In this document: positions 1 through 10,104 of the stretch, piece after piece
How the letters are laid out: every line of letters starts with the position of its first letter
Position numbering within the stretch: the first letter of the stretch is position 1
Origin: a virus
Strand: one strand, 5' to 3'
Virus record (IMG/VR): IMGVR_UViG_3300042332_001447
Location: 31,774 to 95,773 of that record
Length of the DNA stretch: 64,000 nt
Notes under the pieces: generated by a model
Database searches by the model: none
What the model was told of the DNA's origin: nothing
What the model saw: only the letters and a program-made list of their open reading frames with translations
Position numbers and translations under genes: made by a program

Positions 1-74
1 GAAAATGTTTCAGCCTTACCGAAATTAAACGGCTGAGCTGTAAGGGATGGTACGAATTCAAAAGGAGGTGTCAT
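1..74 (-). CDS. 5' part of a CDS running off the window (MTPPFEFVPSLTAQPFNFGKAETF...)
   Basis: ATG at 74-72 lies immediately after the stop of the 76..1386 gene, and the frame is open to the window edge. Confidence 0.5.
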   Translation of the reverse strand, partial: MTPPFEFVPSLTAQPFNFGKAETF

Positions 75-75
75 C

Positions 76-1386
76 TTAAATTATTTCAGCGTCTGCTATA
101 TAATGATATTGTAAAATTTTACCGTTCGCAATAGGTACCGATGTTGTAATTGTAGAAATTCTCGTTTCTGTGCTCTGTGTACTTGTTACTGTGTAAATAC
201 TACCACCTGTATCTATAAATTTATTAGAAGACGGTGCTGTTCCTGTGGGGTTAAAAACTGTAACTTGCGGAGCTTTAAACTTACGTGTTAAAAAGTTACC
301 ACTAGAGCCGTAAAGCGTATTACTTAAACCTGGTATTGCGTACTGTACAGCTTCAGTGGTTGCAGCTGTACCAGGGGCTTGATCTAAATCGTAGCTTTTT
401 TCGAAATATCTCTGACATAAATCAAGTTCGTAACCTATAGCTCTATACTCAAAAGGTGTTACAGTTACACCTAATTCAAACTGTACCCCAGTTATGTAAA
501 GGGTTTCATCAGCTCCTGCTGATCCTGCTTGTGGAGTATACTGTATAGAAAAACCGATTTCTTTGACATTATTTGCTATACTAACTGTTTGTGTTATTCT
601 TTGCCAGTTAAACGAAACTGGTATTACAGAGCTTGCTTGAGTGTTAATCCCGGTCCATGAATTACCGTGTAAACTCGTTATACCTTGATTTTCACTAACC
701 CCTGTGTATACGTAAGATGTAAGATCTGTACTTGTAAAATCTGTACCTCTTTTAACAAAGAAAGAAAGTGTTGCACTCTTACCACTAAACAGCAAGCAAT
801 CTTTTGCTTCTAGTACATAAATTAATTTCACAGTTTGCGTACTAGTATCTCCAGCTACTCTTTGTATTTTCATACAACTAGTAAAATTATCAGGATCCGA
901 AGGAAACTGCGAGGGAGTAGTTGTATCTTTCGTAACTGTTAAATTTGTTGAACCTGTACCTATCCCGCTACCGCCTCTTGTTACTAAAAAACGATCTGCT
1001 GTAAAATAGTTTGAACTTGTGAATGATGTACCTCTTTGCCATATTTCAAATGCACCGTTAATTACCTTATTTCTATGGCTTAAAGAACCGCCGTCAAATG
1101 CTAATTTACTTGTTGTAACATTGGAGTCTTTTATTTTTGCAGTTTCTACGGCATTATCTCCAAGTTCTATTACAGATACAGATAACGGGTTTAACGATGC
1201 GCTAACAACTCTTGTAGCAGGGTTAAATGTCATCGCTATAGTAGACGTGTTACTTACTCCTATACCGGTGGATGATAATGCACATACAGCATTATCGAGA
1301 TTAGAAAAATTTTGATTAATAATTGCACGGGAATCTCCAATACAATCTGTTCCGTTAATTGATACTGTATAGTTACAAACGCTCAT
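76..1386 (-). CDS. tail fibre / carbohydrate-binding-module-like virion protein
   Basis: N-terminal fibre anchor motif CIGDSRAIINQNF; NKVINGAFEIWQRG...ADRF...GVQFELG..VTPFEYR..ELDLCQRYF block typical of phage fibre CBM-like domains. Confidence 0.7.
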   Translation of the reverse strand: MSVCNYTVSINGTDCIGDSRAIINQNFSNLDNAVCALSSTGIGVSNTSTIAMTFNPATRVVSASLNPLSVSVIELGDNAVETAKIKDSNVTTSKLAFDGGSLSHRNKVINGAFEIWQRGTSFTSSNYFTADRFLVTRGGSGIGTGSTNLTVTKDTTTPSQFPSDPDNFTSCMKIQRVAGDTSTQTVKLIYVLEAKDCLLFSGKSATLSFFVKRGTDFTSTDLTSYVYTGVSENQGITSLHGNSWTGINTQASSVIPVSFNWQRITQTVSIANNVKEIGFSIQYTPQAGSAGADETLYITGVQFELGVTVTPFEYRAIGYELDLCQRYFEKSYDLDQAPGTAATTEAVQYAIPGLSNTLYGSSGNFLTRKFKAPQVTVFNPTGTAPSSNKFIDTGGSIYTVTSTQSTETRISTITTSVPIANGKILQYHYIADAEII

Positions 1387-1392
1387 CAGTTA

Positions 1393-1400
1393 TATTTATA
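1393..1400 (-). promoter_or_regulatory. T4-type late promoter TATAAATA
   Basis: exact TATAAATA 6 nt upstream of the ATG at 1386. Confidence 0.7.
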
Positions 1401-1425
1401 GGTTATCCTTTGAAATTCATTATTT

Positions 1426-2463
1426 TTACTCCTGTATGATAGGATCTCCACCTTCTTGTACTATAGTGTTTCCTTCTTCATCAAAAATACTGTTACCACC
1501 AATGATAGAAACGCTCGATGCATATATACCTGCTCCTAGGACAGGTGGTGGAGTTGCTGCTTGAGGAGCTGCAGAAAGCACTGGTATAGGTACGCCTTCT
1601 GGAGTAAAGTTAGTGCGTAAGTTTGCAAAATTTAAATTTACTTCCCCTGTAGTTGCAGCTTCATGTATTGAAAAACTCGCTAAAAAGTTCGTTTTAACTT
1701 CTTGAATTTGATTTATTTTAACGTTTTCGTTATTTTGTCTATCTTCAAAACTTAAAAAATACGAAACAATATTGTTTTTTGGAATAAATCCTAACGATTT
1801 TGCCTTTGGAGTGACTTCTATTACATTAAAAATATAATTATTAGGTATAGAATTACAAAGCATAGTACCAACTGCTCTTAATATATCATCATTATTATAT
1901 GCTAAGTATCTTACTCCTGCATTAGTCTGTATACTGAAACTGCAAGTATTACCTTGATACGTACATGTAAACCTTTGTCTATATAGATCTGCACCGCTAA
2001 ACGAATCTTCTGATAAATACACAGTGAACGGGTAATTTGGCTCTATCTGTAAATATTCATTATCTATAAGTACCTCGACTTCGGAAGTACCAGGTACTGG
2101 TCGAACGTGTATAAAAGAGGGGGTGTTGCTAATGGTAACTCTTTTGGTTAAAGGCTCTTTAGCTGCAAAAAAAGACGTGGAATTATTAGGTTGTATTAGT
2201 ATTGTACCTGGTATTGTGTTCAGTTGATTTTGTGTTAAGCCTCTAAACACACTACTTAATTCTGTATGAGATGTTAAAACTAAACAGTTACCTCTATTTT
2301 GTACAGTGTCTTGAAAGTTATTAAATGCCTGTAAACTCTCAATACGTAATCCGCCGACATACATTGTGCTCGTTTTGTTAAGCTCTTCGTCATTCTTATA
2401 CTCGTATCTAAGCTTTACAGGTTGTAAAGAGCTTAATGAAGAAATTGTAAGTTGCGGTATCAT
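1426..2463 (-). CDS. hypothetical virion protein
   Basis: 345-aa ORF in the structural cluster; no recognised family. Confidence 0.55.
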   Translation of the reverse strand: MIPQLTISSLSSLQPVKLRYEYKNDEELNKTSTMYVGGLRIESLQAFNNFQDTVQNRGNCLVLTSHTELSSVFRGLTQNQLNTIPGTILIQPNNSTSFFAAKEPLTKRVTISNTPSFIHVRPVPGTSEVEVLIDNEYLQIEPNYPFTVYLSEDSFSGADLYRQRFTCTYQGNTCSFSIQTNAGVRYLAYNNDDILRAVGTMLCNSIPNNYIFNVIEVTPKAKSLGFIPKNNIVSYFLSFEDRQNNENVKINQIQEVKTNFLASFSIHEAATTGEVNLNFANLRTNFTPEGVPIPVLSAAPQAATPPPVLGAGIYASSVSIIGGNSIFDEEGNTIVQEGGDPIIQE

Positions 2464-2482
2464 TAGGTGTATGTATACTTAT

Positions 2483-3496
2483 TTACGGAAATACTACAAG
2501 TCTTATACCACAAAATTCTGCGCTGTAGTTACGCGTACTTACTCCGTTATTAGTACTACCTGTAAAGCTTGTAACATTACCCATATCTATAACCCGTATA
2601 GTAGCCGTGTCACCTACAGAAACTAAGCCTGCATGTACTGCAGCTGTGTTAATATCTGAGTCTGCTGTATATGGATTACTACCCCAGACGTTCCCTGTGC
2701 TAGTACCAGTAACAGTAATAATGAAAGGTATAAATCCGCATGCTCTCGTAGATGGGGTAACAGTCGGGGTCGGGGTGGTTGTTGGTGTGCACGTTGGGGT
2801 AGTTGTGATCGTCGGGGTTATCGTCGGGGTTACTGATGGAGTAGGAGTGTTTGTTGGTGTAACAGTATTAGTTACTGAAGGTGTTATAGTTATTGTAGGG
2901 GTGTTTGTAGGGGTCGGTGTTGGTGTGAGATTTCGTGTAAGAGTTGGAGTTGGTGTTACCGTAGGAGTTGGTACTGGGAAATTGTTCTGTACACTAGTTG
3001 TGTAATTGAACATGGTTGTGCTCGAAGGTAGTATGTAAAAATTACTGATAGAATTTGTTTTTATCAAATCATTAAAATCTACAGATAGGGATGTTAAGGA
3101 ATACGTAGCACTAATGCTATTAATACTAAAAGGCATTACTATATTATATGTATCAACAAAACCGGTAACCGAACATAATTGCTGAGTGAATACTGCTGAT
3201 ATTGACGTATTGACTGGGTATTGGGCTAGAGCTACATAATTAACTATCGTAGAACCTGGTGCAAACGTTGCATTTAACGTAATAGTATTAGGCGGTGTTA
3301 CATACAGTGTACATGTCTTGTTGTATTGCGAAAAAAAGAAATTATACGCACCGTACGGGTATGCAGATGTATTGTAAGTGTGCGGAAGTGTAAATAAGCC
3401 TAGATTTATCGTACTACCACCAGTGAGAGGCGAAAAGGTAACATTTGCGGATTTACCAGTGTAATTAAGAGATTTAAATTTTATCACAGTAGACAT
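2483..3496 (-). CDS. virion adhesin-like protein with Pro/Thr linker and C-terminal LCCL domain
   Basis: (TP)n tract followed by VWGSNPYTADSDINTAAVHAGL, matching the LCCL core motif. Confidence 0.7.
   Translation of the reverse strand: MSTVIKFKSLNYTGKSANVTFSPLTGGSTINLGLFTLPHTYNTSAYPYGAYNFFFSQYNKTCTLYVTPPNTITLNATFAPGSTIVNYVALAQYPVNTSISAVFTQQLCSVTGFVDTYNIVMPFSINSISATYSLTSLSVDFNDLIKTNSISNFYILPSSTTMFNYTTSVQNNFPVPTPTVTPTPTLTRNLTPTPTPTNTPTITITPSVTNTVTPTNTPTPSVTPTITPTITTTPTCTPTTTPTPTVTPSTRACGFIPFIITVTGTSTGNVWGSNPYTADSDINTAAVHAGLVSVGDTATIRVIDMGNVTSFTGSTNNGVSTRNYSAEFCGIRLVVFP
2750..2975 (-). repeat. Pro/Thr (PTPT) coding low-complexity repeat
   Basis: [10 protein letters not shown]... in the translation; boundaries approximate. 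Confidence 0.8.
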
Positions 3497-3502
3497 ATAT
3501 TG

Positions 3503-5701
3503 TTATATATTTACACTCCAGCCTCTACTTGCTAGTGTTAGTATATCTGCTGCTGCTGTTGTACTCGCAGTAGATGAACCTGGGTTACCAAACAGGCTTA
3601 GTGTTCCGTTATTTTTGTTAAATACGACAAGTTTTTGTATAATATCTACAATATCAATTGATTGCATCGCGCAACCATGAGCTGCAATACTCGTGAGATT
3701 ACTACAGCCGGTTATATCTAGACTCGTTAAAGAGGTATTAAAATAAGCGGTTATATTTTGTAGTGCTGAGCAGTTAGTTACGTTTAGAGTTGTTAAGTTA
3801 GCTGATACGTAGCACTCGATACTTGTAAGTGAAGGTGAATTGGAGTGATTGACTGTTTGCCAACCGAACGGAGCTGTTCGTGCTTTAATGAGATTGTTCA
3901 TCCCTGCAAAATTACCAGTAGCTAAGTTACCAGGAGAGAGGGGTAGAAAAATTTCAGTAATACCGTTTACATTATTTGTCAGTATTTGAGTGTTTCTATA
4001 CCACACATCAGTGCCTGGTGTTCTTGTAAAGTTACTGTTTAATGTAAGATTTAACGGGGCGTTATCTACGATTACCGTGCCAGCTCGGTTTGACGGAGTC
4101 GGGGTAGGGGTTATAGTTGCAGTCGGGGTTATTGTAGGAGTGATTGTTGGGGTTGGGGTTGGGGTAATTAGTGGGTTTAATTCAAAATCCAGATCGCATA
4201 GAGGTGGCGGAGTCGGTGTACGGGTAGGTGTTGGCGTAGGTGTCGGCGGAATACAAAGAGGTACGTCACAAGATGTGTTAGCTTGAGGTGGTGGATAGCC
4301 GGTACCTGGGTTACCCTGATACACTAACGGTAAGTTATTTACACAGTTACTTAAAGCGTTCGGTGGGGTAATGTGAGTTGATGTTCCGCTATTGCTTATA
4401 CTAGGTATATTAGGATCTTCAGATCTTACAAACCCGACACTATTCTCTACCTGTACAGTGTATACTACGTCATTGTTCTTATTTCTAGCTCCTAATAAAC
4501 GGGAGACAGGCTTTGTAATAACGCTACCTGTATTGACTACATTCACTGTTTTTGGTACTTGAGGATTAATAGGTCCTAATACAGTAGAGCTTGAATTACG
4601 AGAATCTGTATTACAGCTATGAGCTGTAATCGATGGGAAAAACATATGATAGCTATTAGCAGAGCGTATGTAGTTATGAACTACATCATAGTTTCTTGGA
4701 TCATTTACATCATTAGGAAATATATCCGTGTATGCAAAATACTGTGGATCAGGTGCTGCGTGTCTAGATACTGTTAGAAGCGGAGTTTCATCTCCAAGAT
4801 CCCATACTATTTTTTCAAAAGGAAAGCTACCAGGTACACTATATCTTGCAGTAATATGCGCGCTTAAAGGAGCTGTGCCGTGAGTCGGTGATGATAGTAT
4901 ACAAACTTTTGCAGTTGGTAGAATTTCTTTTACCTCTATTAAAAATGTCTGTAAATTAGTCTGCGTTGTAATATCTGATACCTCTTCAAATTTAAAACCT
5001 GTAGGAGTCTCACAATCAACAGCGGGTGGTTCATATTTCCATAATTTGGAAAATTCAGCAGACGGGTAAGTTTTATCCCATTTAACAGGGTTTCTACCGA
5101 CTTCTTTAAGCTCAGTCCAGCTCCAATCTTTACAATGTGTTTGTAAGCACGCAGTTTGGTTGTCCCAAGTTCTTGCTACTCTCCCGTTGAGTATACACGA
5201 AGCATCATCCCATGATACTCTGTTTTTTATATCAACAGCGTTGCACGTGATTTTATCCCAGTACCATAAAATATCAAAACTACCTATACACGGGTTACCT
5301 TCTTCTATAAAATTCTGCTTACGTTTAACTTCGTACTGAGTTAGCTTTACTGTGTAAATTCCTGGCATTACATATATATGGTCGATGTAATGATTCGGGC
5401 AGCTTACTCTTACTATATTAGTATCATCGTTATAGTAGTCTCCAAAATCCCATTCAAAATACGTTGATGTTCCATTTACAGGCGGATTTGCTTGAGATGT
5501 ACTATGAAACTGTACAATCAAGCCAGGGGAATAACCAGAGGTATAACTAGTAGTTAGATAAGCAGGTGTTATAGGAGCTCTATTAACTGAACTCGGTATA
5601 GAAGAAGGAAATGAACAGGATTGAACATTAGGTACACCATGATCCCAAGAGTATGTATTAAATACTGTTGAACTCGATACTATGGTAAACCCTGTTGTCA
5701 T
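3503..5701 (-). CDS. virion protein with PKD-like domains, Trp/Cys-rich segment, Pro/Thr linker and C-terminal leucine-rich repeats
   Basis: FEWDFGD...HIYVMPGIYTVKL and VWDLGD PKD motifs; LTTLNVTNCSALQNI / LTSLDITGCSNLTSI LRR units. Confidence 0.7.
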   Translation of the reverse strand: MTTGFTIVSSSTVFNTYSWDHGVPNVQSCSFPSSIPSSVNRAPITPAYLTTSYTSGYSPGLIVQFHSTSQANPPVNGTSTYFEWDFGDYYNDDTNIVRVSCPNHYIDHIYVMPGIYTVKLTQYEVKRKQNFIEEGNPCIGSFDILWYWDKITCNAVDIKNRVSWDDASCILNGRVARTWDNQTACLQTHCKDWSWTELKEVGRNPVKWDKTYPSAEFSKLWKYEPPAVDCETPTGFKFEEVSDITTQTNLQTFLIEVKEILPTAKVCILSSPTHGTAPLSAHITARYSVPGSFPFEKIVWDLGDETPLLTVSRHAAPDPQYFAYTDIFPNDVNDPRNYDVVHNYIRSANSYHMFFPSITAHSCNTDSRNSSSTVLGPINPQVPKTVNVVNTGSVITKPVSRLLGARNKNNDVVYTVQVENSVGFVRSEDPNIPSISNSGTSTHITPPNALSNCVNNLPLVYQGNPGTGYPPPQANTSCDVPLCIPPTPTPTPTRTPTPPPLCDLDFELNPLITPTPTPTITPTITPTATITPTPTPSNRAGTVIVDNAPLNLTLNSNFTRTPGTDVWYRNTQILTNNVNGITEIFLPLSPGNLATGNFAGMNNLIKARTAPFGWQTVNHSNSPSLTSIECYVSANLTTLNVTNCSALQNITAYFNTSLTSLDITGCSNLTSIAAHGCAMQSIDIVDIIQKLVVFNKNNGTLSLFGNPGSSTASTTAAADILTLASRGWSVNI
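4090..4250 (-). repeat. Pro/Thr coding repeat
   Basis: [15 protein letters not shown] and TPTPTPTITPT tracts; boundaries approximate. Confidence 0.75.
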
Positions 5702-5710
5702 GTATTACTA

Positions 5711-5718
5711 TTTATATA
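5711..5718 (-). promoter_or_regulatory. late promoter TATAAATA
   Basis: exact motif 9 nt upstream of the ATG at 5701. Confidence 0.65.
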
Positions 5719-5743
5719 AATCTTATCTTTGAAAGCTATATAT

Positions 5744-5992
5744 TTATAATTCTTTTTTTAAAAGAAAGCTTTGAAATTCTTCTTCAGAGATTTCTTGAGC
5801 ACCAGCTTTAATGAACCCCTCTGCAATCTCAGGCATTGCTGCAATGAGAACGTTACCTTGTTCATCCATTGGGGCATCAGTTACTGGAGCAAACCAAGTC
5901 TCAGCTTCATTGGAAGGATATCCAGAAGCTTTATCCATTGTGTCTCTAATTGTTTCGTATGTTACTGAATTAGTTTTGAAGTATTTGTTCAT
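5744..5992 (-). CDS. small acidic hypothetical protein, possibly a fibre partner or chaperone
   Basis: 82 aa; ATGA overlap with the upstream fibre gene. Confidence 0.55.
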   Translation of the reverse strand: MNKYFKTNSVTYETIRDTMDKASGYPSNEAETWFAPVTDAPMDEQGNVLIAAMPEIAEGFIKAGAQEISEEEFQSFLLKKEL

Positions 5993-8900
5993 ATGTTTTG
6001 GTATAGTCTTGTAATTTCAGCTTGTGTTAAATTTCTGTTGTAGTAAAGAATTTTGCTAATACTTCCTGTAAAATAATTTGTAAAATATGTAAAATTTCTA
6101 TATCTGCCAATTTCTGCTGTAGTATAGGTAGTTGTATCAGAGACAGTATAATTAGCATTAGTTACGGTTTGAAACTGTCCATTAACGCATAAAACTCCTG
6201 ATAACGTTCCTGTCGTACTTGGAGCAACGTAACTCACTGCACAAAAGTTCATTCTATTGGCACTTAAGGATGCAGCAGACGTCAAAGTGTATTCATAAGG
6301 ATGAGCACTGTGTGTGTTTGCAGTGTATTGAAGTTTATTGCTTCCTACTTGAATCGTTCCGTTGCCAGTACTAGTTGAGGTACGCTCATTTGAAATGAGA
6401 GCTCGACCATTTCCACTAGTCATGACAACAAACGTGCCGTTTGAACCTCTGCCCATATTCAACGAAAGATTGTTAATAGAGTCAAAAAAACTCGTCGAAC
6501 CGTTAAAGAACAGAGCACCTCCGCTCTTAGTTGGTCTGTTGTTAACGGTTCCTTGAATTGCATGTCTATTGTTTCCAGACTTATCAGCCCAGCGAGCAAC
6601 AGCAGAACCATCAGCAGTCACCAAAGAACCACCAGCAGTTGCATCAAAGAGAGTAGAGCTATCAGAAGCATCAAGCCAGAGTTGGAGACCAGAAATAGTA
6701 AGAGGAACTGGTGTAAGAAAGTTTTCAGCGTTCCGAGTAGGTATAAAAATTGTAGGAGACTTTATTCTATTTAAAGTGTTACCAATTAAATCTGAAGCTG
6801 TACCCGAAGGTGCAATATACTGATTGTCCGTAGATCTGTTTAAGTAATTTTTAAATAAAATAAACGAGGTTAGTACAACATCTTTATTTAAATTCATATT
6901 ACTATATGTTTTCGGGTATCTAGTAGAACTAAACGTACCGTTATCAAAGCTATATGTTACCGGGGTTGTGTTATTCCATTGTATAACCGGTGGAACTCCA
7001 TCGTCATCTCCGAGTTTAAATATATAACGACCACTTTGTAGTTGATCAGTAACATAACTGCCGACCCAATCTGCCCCGTTCTTCATAGCCCATGAGAGAG
7101 TGCTACCTGGAGCTTGTACAAAGCTGCTTCTACCGAAAATAACAGTACCATCGGTACTACTCAAACTCGGAAGAATAGTGCTGCTGTAATCATCATATGA
7201 ATTAACAGCAGATAGTAAATCTAAGCCTAGAAATAAATGCTGACTTTGAGATGTAAGCTGTACATTTGTTGTTATACCAGAAAGAGTGCAAGATGTATTG
7301 TCTTTACATGTTATACCTGGAACACCGAAACGATCAGTTATTAGCGTACCGTTTCTGGCTATTATAGGTGCTGTATCAACGCTCGTGTATATTATATCAT
7401 CACTATTGCCGCTCTGATCATAAAGTTTAGTTACGTAAACTGTATCTGTACCTGCCCAGCTTATTAAGTCACCACTTAAAACGCTTACTGCAGTAAAATT
7501 AACAGGTGTTATAAGGTCTGTATCTTTTACACATTGAACAACATTTGTCGCTGACCATGATAAATTAAAAAGAGCGTAACAACTAACAACACTATCTGGA
7601 AAACGTGAAACAATATACGCTGGTCCACCGACAAGAACACTATCAGTTAAGCTATTTACATTATAATATCTATTTGCTACAGAAACATTAGCTCTAACAA
7701 TCTGTCCGTTTACAGCACTACCTGGTATCCAATTCGTTGTTGGTGTACTCGTTAAATCTAACCATATCGTGAGTGATGAGCTATCTCCCACTTGCCACGT
7801 CGAAGATACGGGGTAGTATGCGTTACTCCAGGCTGGTATTATATTAATAGCGCTATTACATTCAAAGTAAACACTATTAGAAGTTAATAGAAGCGTGCCA
7901 GTTAATACTGGGGCAGTTGGCGTCGAAGATGTCGAAAAAGCTAAGACACTACTAACTGAATTAACTCCAGCAGCTACATATCTAATAGAGCTTCTGTATA
8001 AGCTTTCACTACTTAAAACAAACACATTATTATTAATATCTCCTACTGTTGTCCAAGTTGGGGTAGTAGCTGACAAAGGTGATACTTGCCATACAGAGCC
8101 TACACTATCTGCAAGACTCCATGTAGAACTACCCGTGAGAGTGTAATAACCTTGAGCATCATAAGCTGTTAATACGGTTAGTGCCCTGGGTATAGGTAGA
8201 TCATACGACCTTATGCTGGAGCTGTTAATTATAGTGCTACCAAAGGGGTTACTTGCAGACACACTGTAGCGTAAAAAGGATGAAAGATCAGATGTTGTTG
8301 TGGTATACGTGAGTCCAGATGCACCTGGTATAGTGCTCCATAGAGTAGGTAACGCTACACTGGCTTTTTGCCAATTTGCACTGAGTGTATCAACATTTAA
8401 CCACGTACCAGTTAATGCAGTTACAGTATCTAGATTTTGTAAATCTGTTGTTGCGGTTATACTTTGTAAGGCAATAGGTGTTTGCTGTATCGTTCTATTC
8501 CACTTACTTTGTAGTATTTTACAGATAGTTATAATTTCTTTATTTGTTAATAAAGAACTTGTAGAAAAATACTCACATATATCACTATCACTAAAGTATT
8601 CAGTGTTATTGAAGGATAGTTTTCCGAATGTATTATAACCTGTTATTGAAGTAAACAAAACAGGTTCGCCGTTTATATTACTGGTTTCAGAAAAAACGCT
8701 GTTGTTAAAAGTAGCAGGGCTACCATCTTGAAATAATATTGCAACTGTATTAATACTGCTATTGTTAAATATATCACTCTCTGTAAGAGTGTTTTGAGTT
8801 TTAATTTTTAACCTACTATCATCTGCATGCCATACCGAAAAAACGGAGTTGTTTTGAGCGTTAGCAAAACCTATATAATTGTTATTTCTTCTATAAACAG

Positions 8901-10098
8901 CAAAGTGTGTACCTTTAGAGTTACCAATTTCATTTTGTAAACTTAAAAATCGATTTGTACCACTAAAACTCAAAGCGTAATTATTGTATATATTTTCTCT
9001 AGATAGAGTCGGTCTTGAACTTAACACTGTTTGAGTTAATGTAAAGTTACCTGTTACTCTATCATTCCATCTTGCTATTCTTTCTCCTATATTATTAGGG
9101 GTAGTTGTACCCTCTATATCTGTAAAATACGTGCTACTATCTTCAGTGCTATACCATGTAGTAAGCTGTGGTATATCTATTGTATTGTTAACGCTTATAT
9201 TCAGTGTATTTGAGTCTACAGTAACCGTGTTCATCATGTTTACACCGGTTACTGTGAATATGAAATTGCAGTTATTAAAATCACTAACATCTACGTTTAA
9301 TACTTGAGATGATAATAATGTCCAGCCGTTTGTATTTGTGCCGCTTACTTTCCAATTATATGTTAGCGCAGGTTCAGGTACACCGCTCCATACCCCGAGA
9401 GTTGACGAGAGATTAAAAACAGAAGTTCTTGTTATAGACGGCGCTGTTACATTAATAACAGAGGCTACATAGGTAGTTGTTGGAGTGGGGGTGTTTGTAG
9501 GTGTAACTGACGTAGTAGGTGTAGGTGTCGGGGGTTCAGGAGTACCTGAGGGTGTCGGAGAGTTAGTGGGAGTGCTCGTGGGAGTTACTGAAGGAGACTG
9601 CGTAATAGTAGGAGTTACCGAAGGTGTTATTGTAAGGGTAACTGAAGGGGTTGGAGTAGAAGTACTAGTAGGTCTCGGTGTTATGGTAGGAGTTACTGTA
9701 GGAGTCGGGGTCTCTGTAGGAGTTGGAGTCGGGGTAGGCGTTGAAGTTTCTGTCGGAGTAACAGTGGGTGTCACAGAGCTCGTTGGTGTTTGAGTGGGAG
9801 TTTCTGTCGGGGTAGGAGTTGGAGTCGGGGTCTCGGGTGTACCAGATGGTGTTAGCGAAGGAGTCGGAGTCTGGGTTGTAGTCGGGGTAGGTGTTACAGG
9901 GTTTACAATTAATTTAACAACCTGCTGTACTGTTACTCCGTTATCTGTAAACAATATAGGTATTTCATATTCTCCAGGTTCTGTCGGAGCTGTACCAGAT
10001 AGAAGGCTAACGTATGCTCCAGGAACGAGCGTGTTAGATTTTTCAATACTAACCCATTCAGGAGAATTAGGATCTAAATTAAAAGGAGTTTGAGACAT
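5989..10098 (-). CDS. large tail fibre/adhesin with Pro/Thr linker, Ig-like and LamG/concanavalin-like domains
   Basis: long PT tract; LQLWLDASD...[14 protein letters not shown] and [20 protein letters not shown] LamG-like motifs. Confidence 0.7.
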   Translation of the reverse strand: MSQTPFNLDPNSPEWVSIEKSNTLVPGAYVSLLSGTAPTEPGEYEIPILFTDNGVTVQQVVKLIVNPVTPTPTTTQTPTPSLTPSGTPETPTPTPTPTETPTQTPTSSVTPTVTPTETSTPTPTPTPTETPTPTVTPTITPRPTSTSTPTPSVTLTITPSVTPTITQSPSVTPTSTPTNSPTPSGTPEPPTPTPTTSVTPTNTPTPTTTYVASVINVTAPSITRTSVFNLSSTLGVWSGVPEPALTYNWKVSGTNTNGWTLLSSQVLNVDVSDFNNCNFIFTVTGVNMMNTVTVDSNTLNISVNNTIDIPQLTTWYSTEDSSTYFTDIEGTTTPNNIGERIARWNDRVTGNFTLTQTVLSSRPTLSRENIYNNYALSFSGTNRFLSLQNEIGNSKGTHFAVYRRNNNYIGFANAQNNSVFSVWHADDSRLKIKTQNTLTESDIFNNSSINTVAILFQDGSPATFNNSVFSETSNINGEPVLFTSITGYNTFGKLSFNNTEYFSDSDICEYFSTSSLLTNKEIITICKILQSKWNRTIQQTPIALQSITATTDLQNLDTVTALTGTWLNVDTLSANWQKASVALPTLWSTIPGASGLTYTTTTSDLSSFLRYSVSASNPFGSTIINSSSIRSYDLPIPRALTVLTAYDAQGYYTLTGSSTWSLADSVGSVWQVSPLSATTPTWTTVGDINNNVFVLSSESLYRSSIRYVAAGVNSVSSVLAFSTSSTPTAPVLTGTLLLTSNSVYFECNSAINIIPAWSNAYYPVSSTWQVGDSSSLTIWLDLTSTPTTNWIPGSAVNGQIVRANVSVANRYYNVNSLTDSVLVGGPAYIVSRFPDSVVSCYALFNLSWSATNVVQCVKDTDLITPVNFTAVSVLSGDLISWAGTDTVYVTKLYDQSGNSDDIIYTSVDTAPIIARNGTLITDRFGVPGITCKDNTSCTLSGITTNVQLTSQSQHLFLGLDLLSAVNSYDDYSSTILPSLSSTDGTVIFGRSSFVQAPGSTLSWAMKNGADWVGSYVTDQLQSGRYIFKLGDDDGVPPVIQWNNTTPVTYSFDNGTFSSTRYPKTYSNMNLNKDVVLTSFILFKNYLNRSTDNQYIAPSGTASDLIGNTLNRIKSPTIFIPTRNAENFLTPVPLTISGLQLWLDASDSSTLFDATAGGSLVTADGSAVARWADKSGNNRHAIQGTVNNRPTKSGGALFFNGSTSFFDSINNLSLNMGRGSNGTFVVMTSGNGRALISNERTSTSTGNGTIQVGSNKLQYTANTHSAHPYEYTLTSAASLSANRMNFCAVSYVAPSTTGTLSGVLCVNGQFQTVTNANYTVSDTTTYTTAEIGRYRNFTYFTNYFTGSISKILYYNRNLTQAEITRLYQNI
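9475..9900 (-). repeat. long Pro/Thr(/Glu/Ser) coding repeat of about 140 aa
   Basis: [26 protein letters not shown]...; boundaries approximate. Confidence 0.85.
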
Positions 10099-10104
10099 AC
10101 TAGA

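Noticed and set aside
9475-9900. CRISPR array or DGR repeats
   Set aside because: The repeats are degenerate coding triplets without constant repeat-spacer structure; no cas or reverse transcriptase gene is seen
2607-10093. Plus-strand Gly/Val-rich ORFs (2607, 3990, 9485, 9794)
   Set aside because: They are antisense shadows of the Pro/Thr repeats
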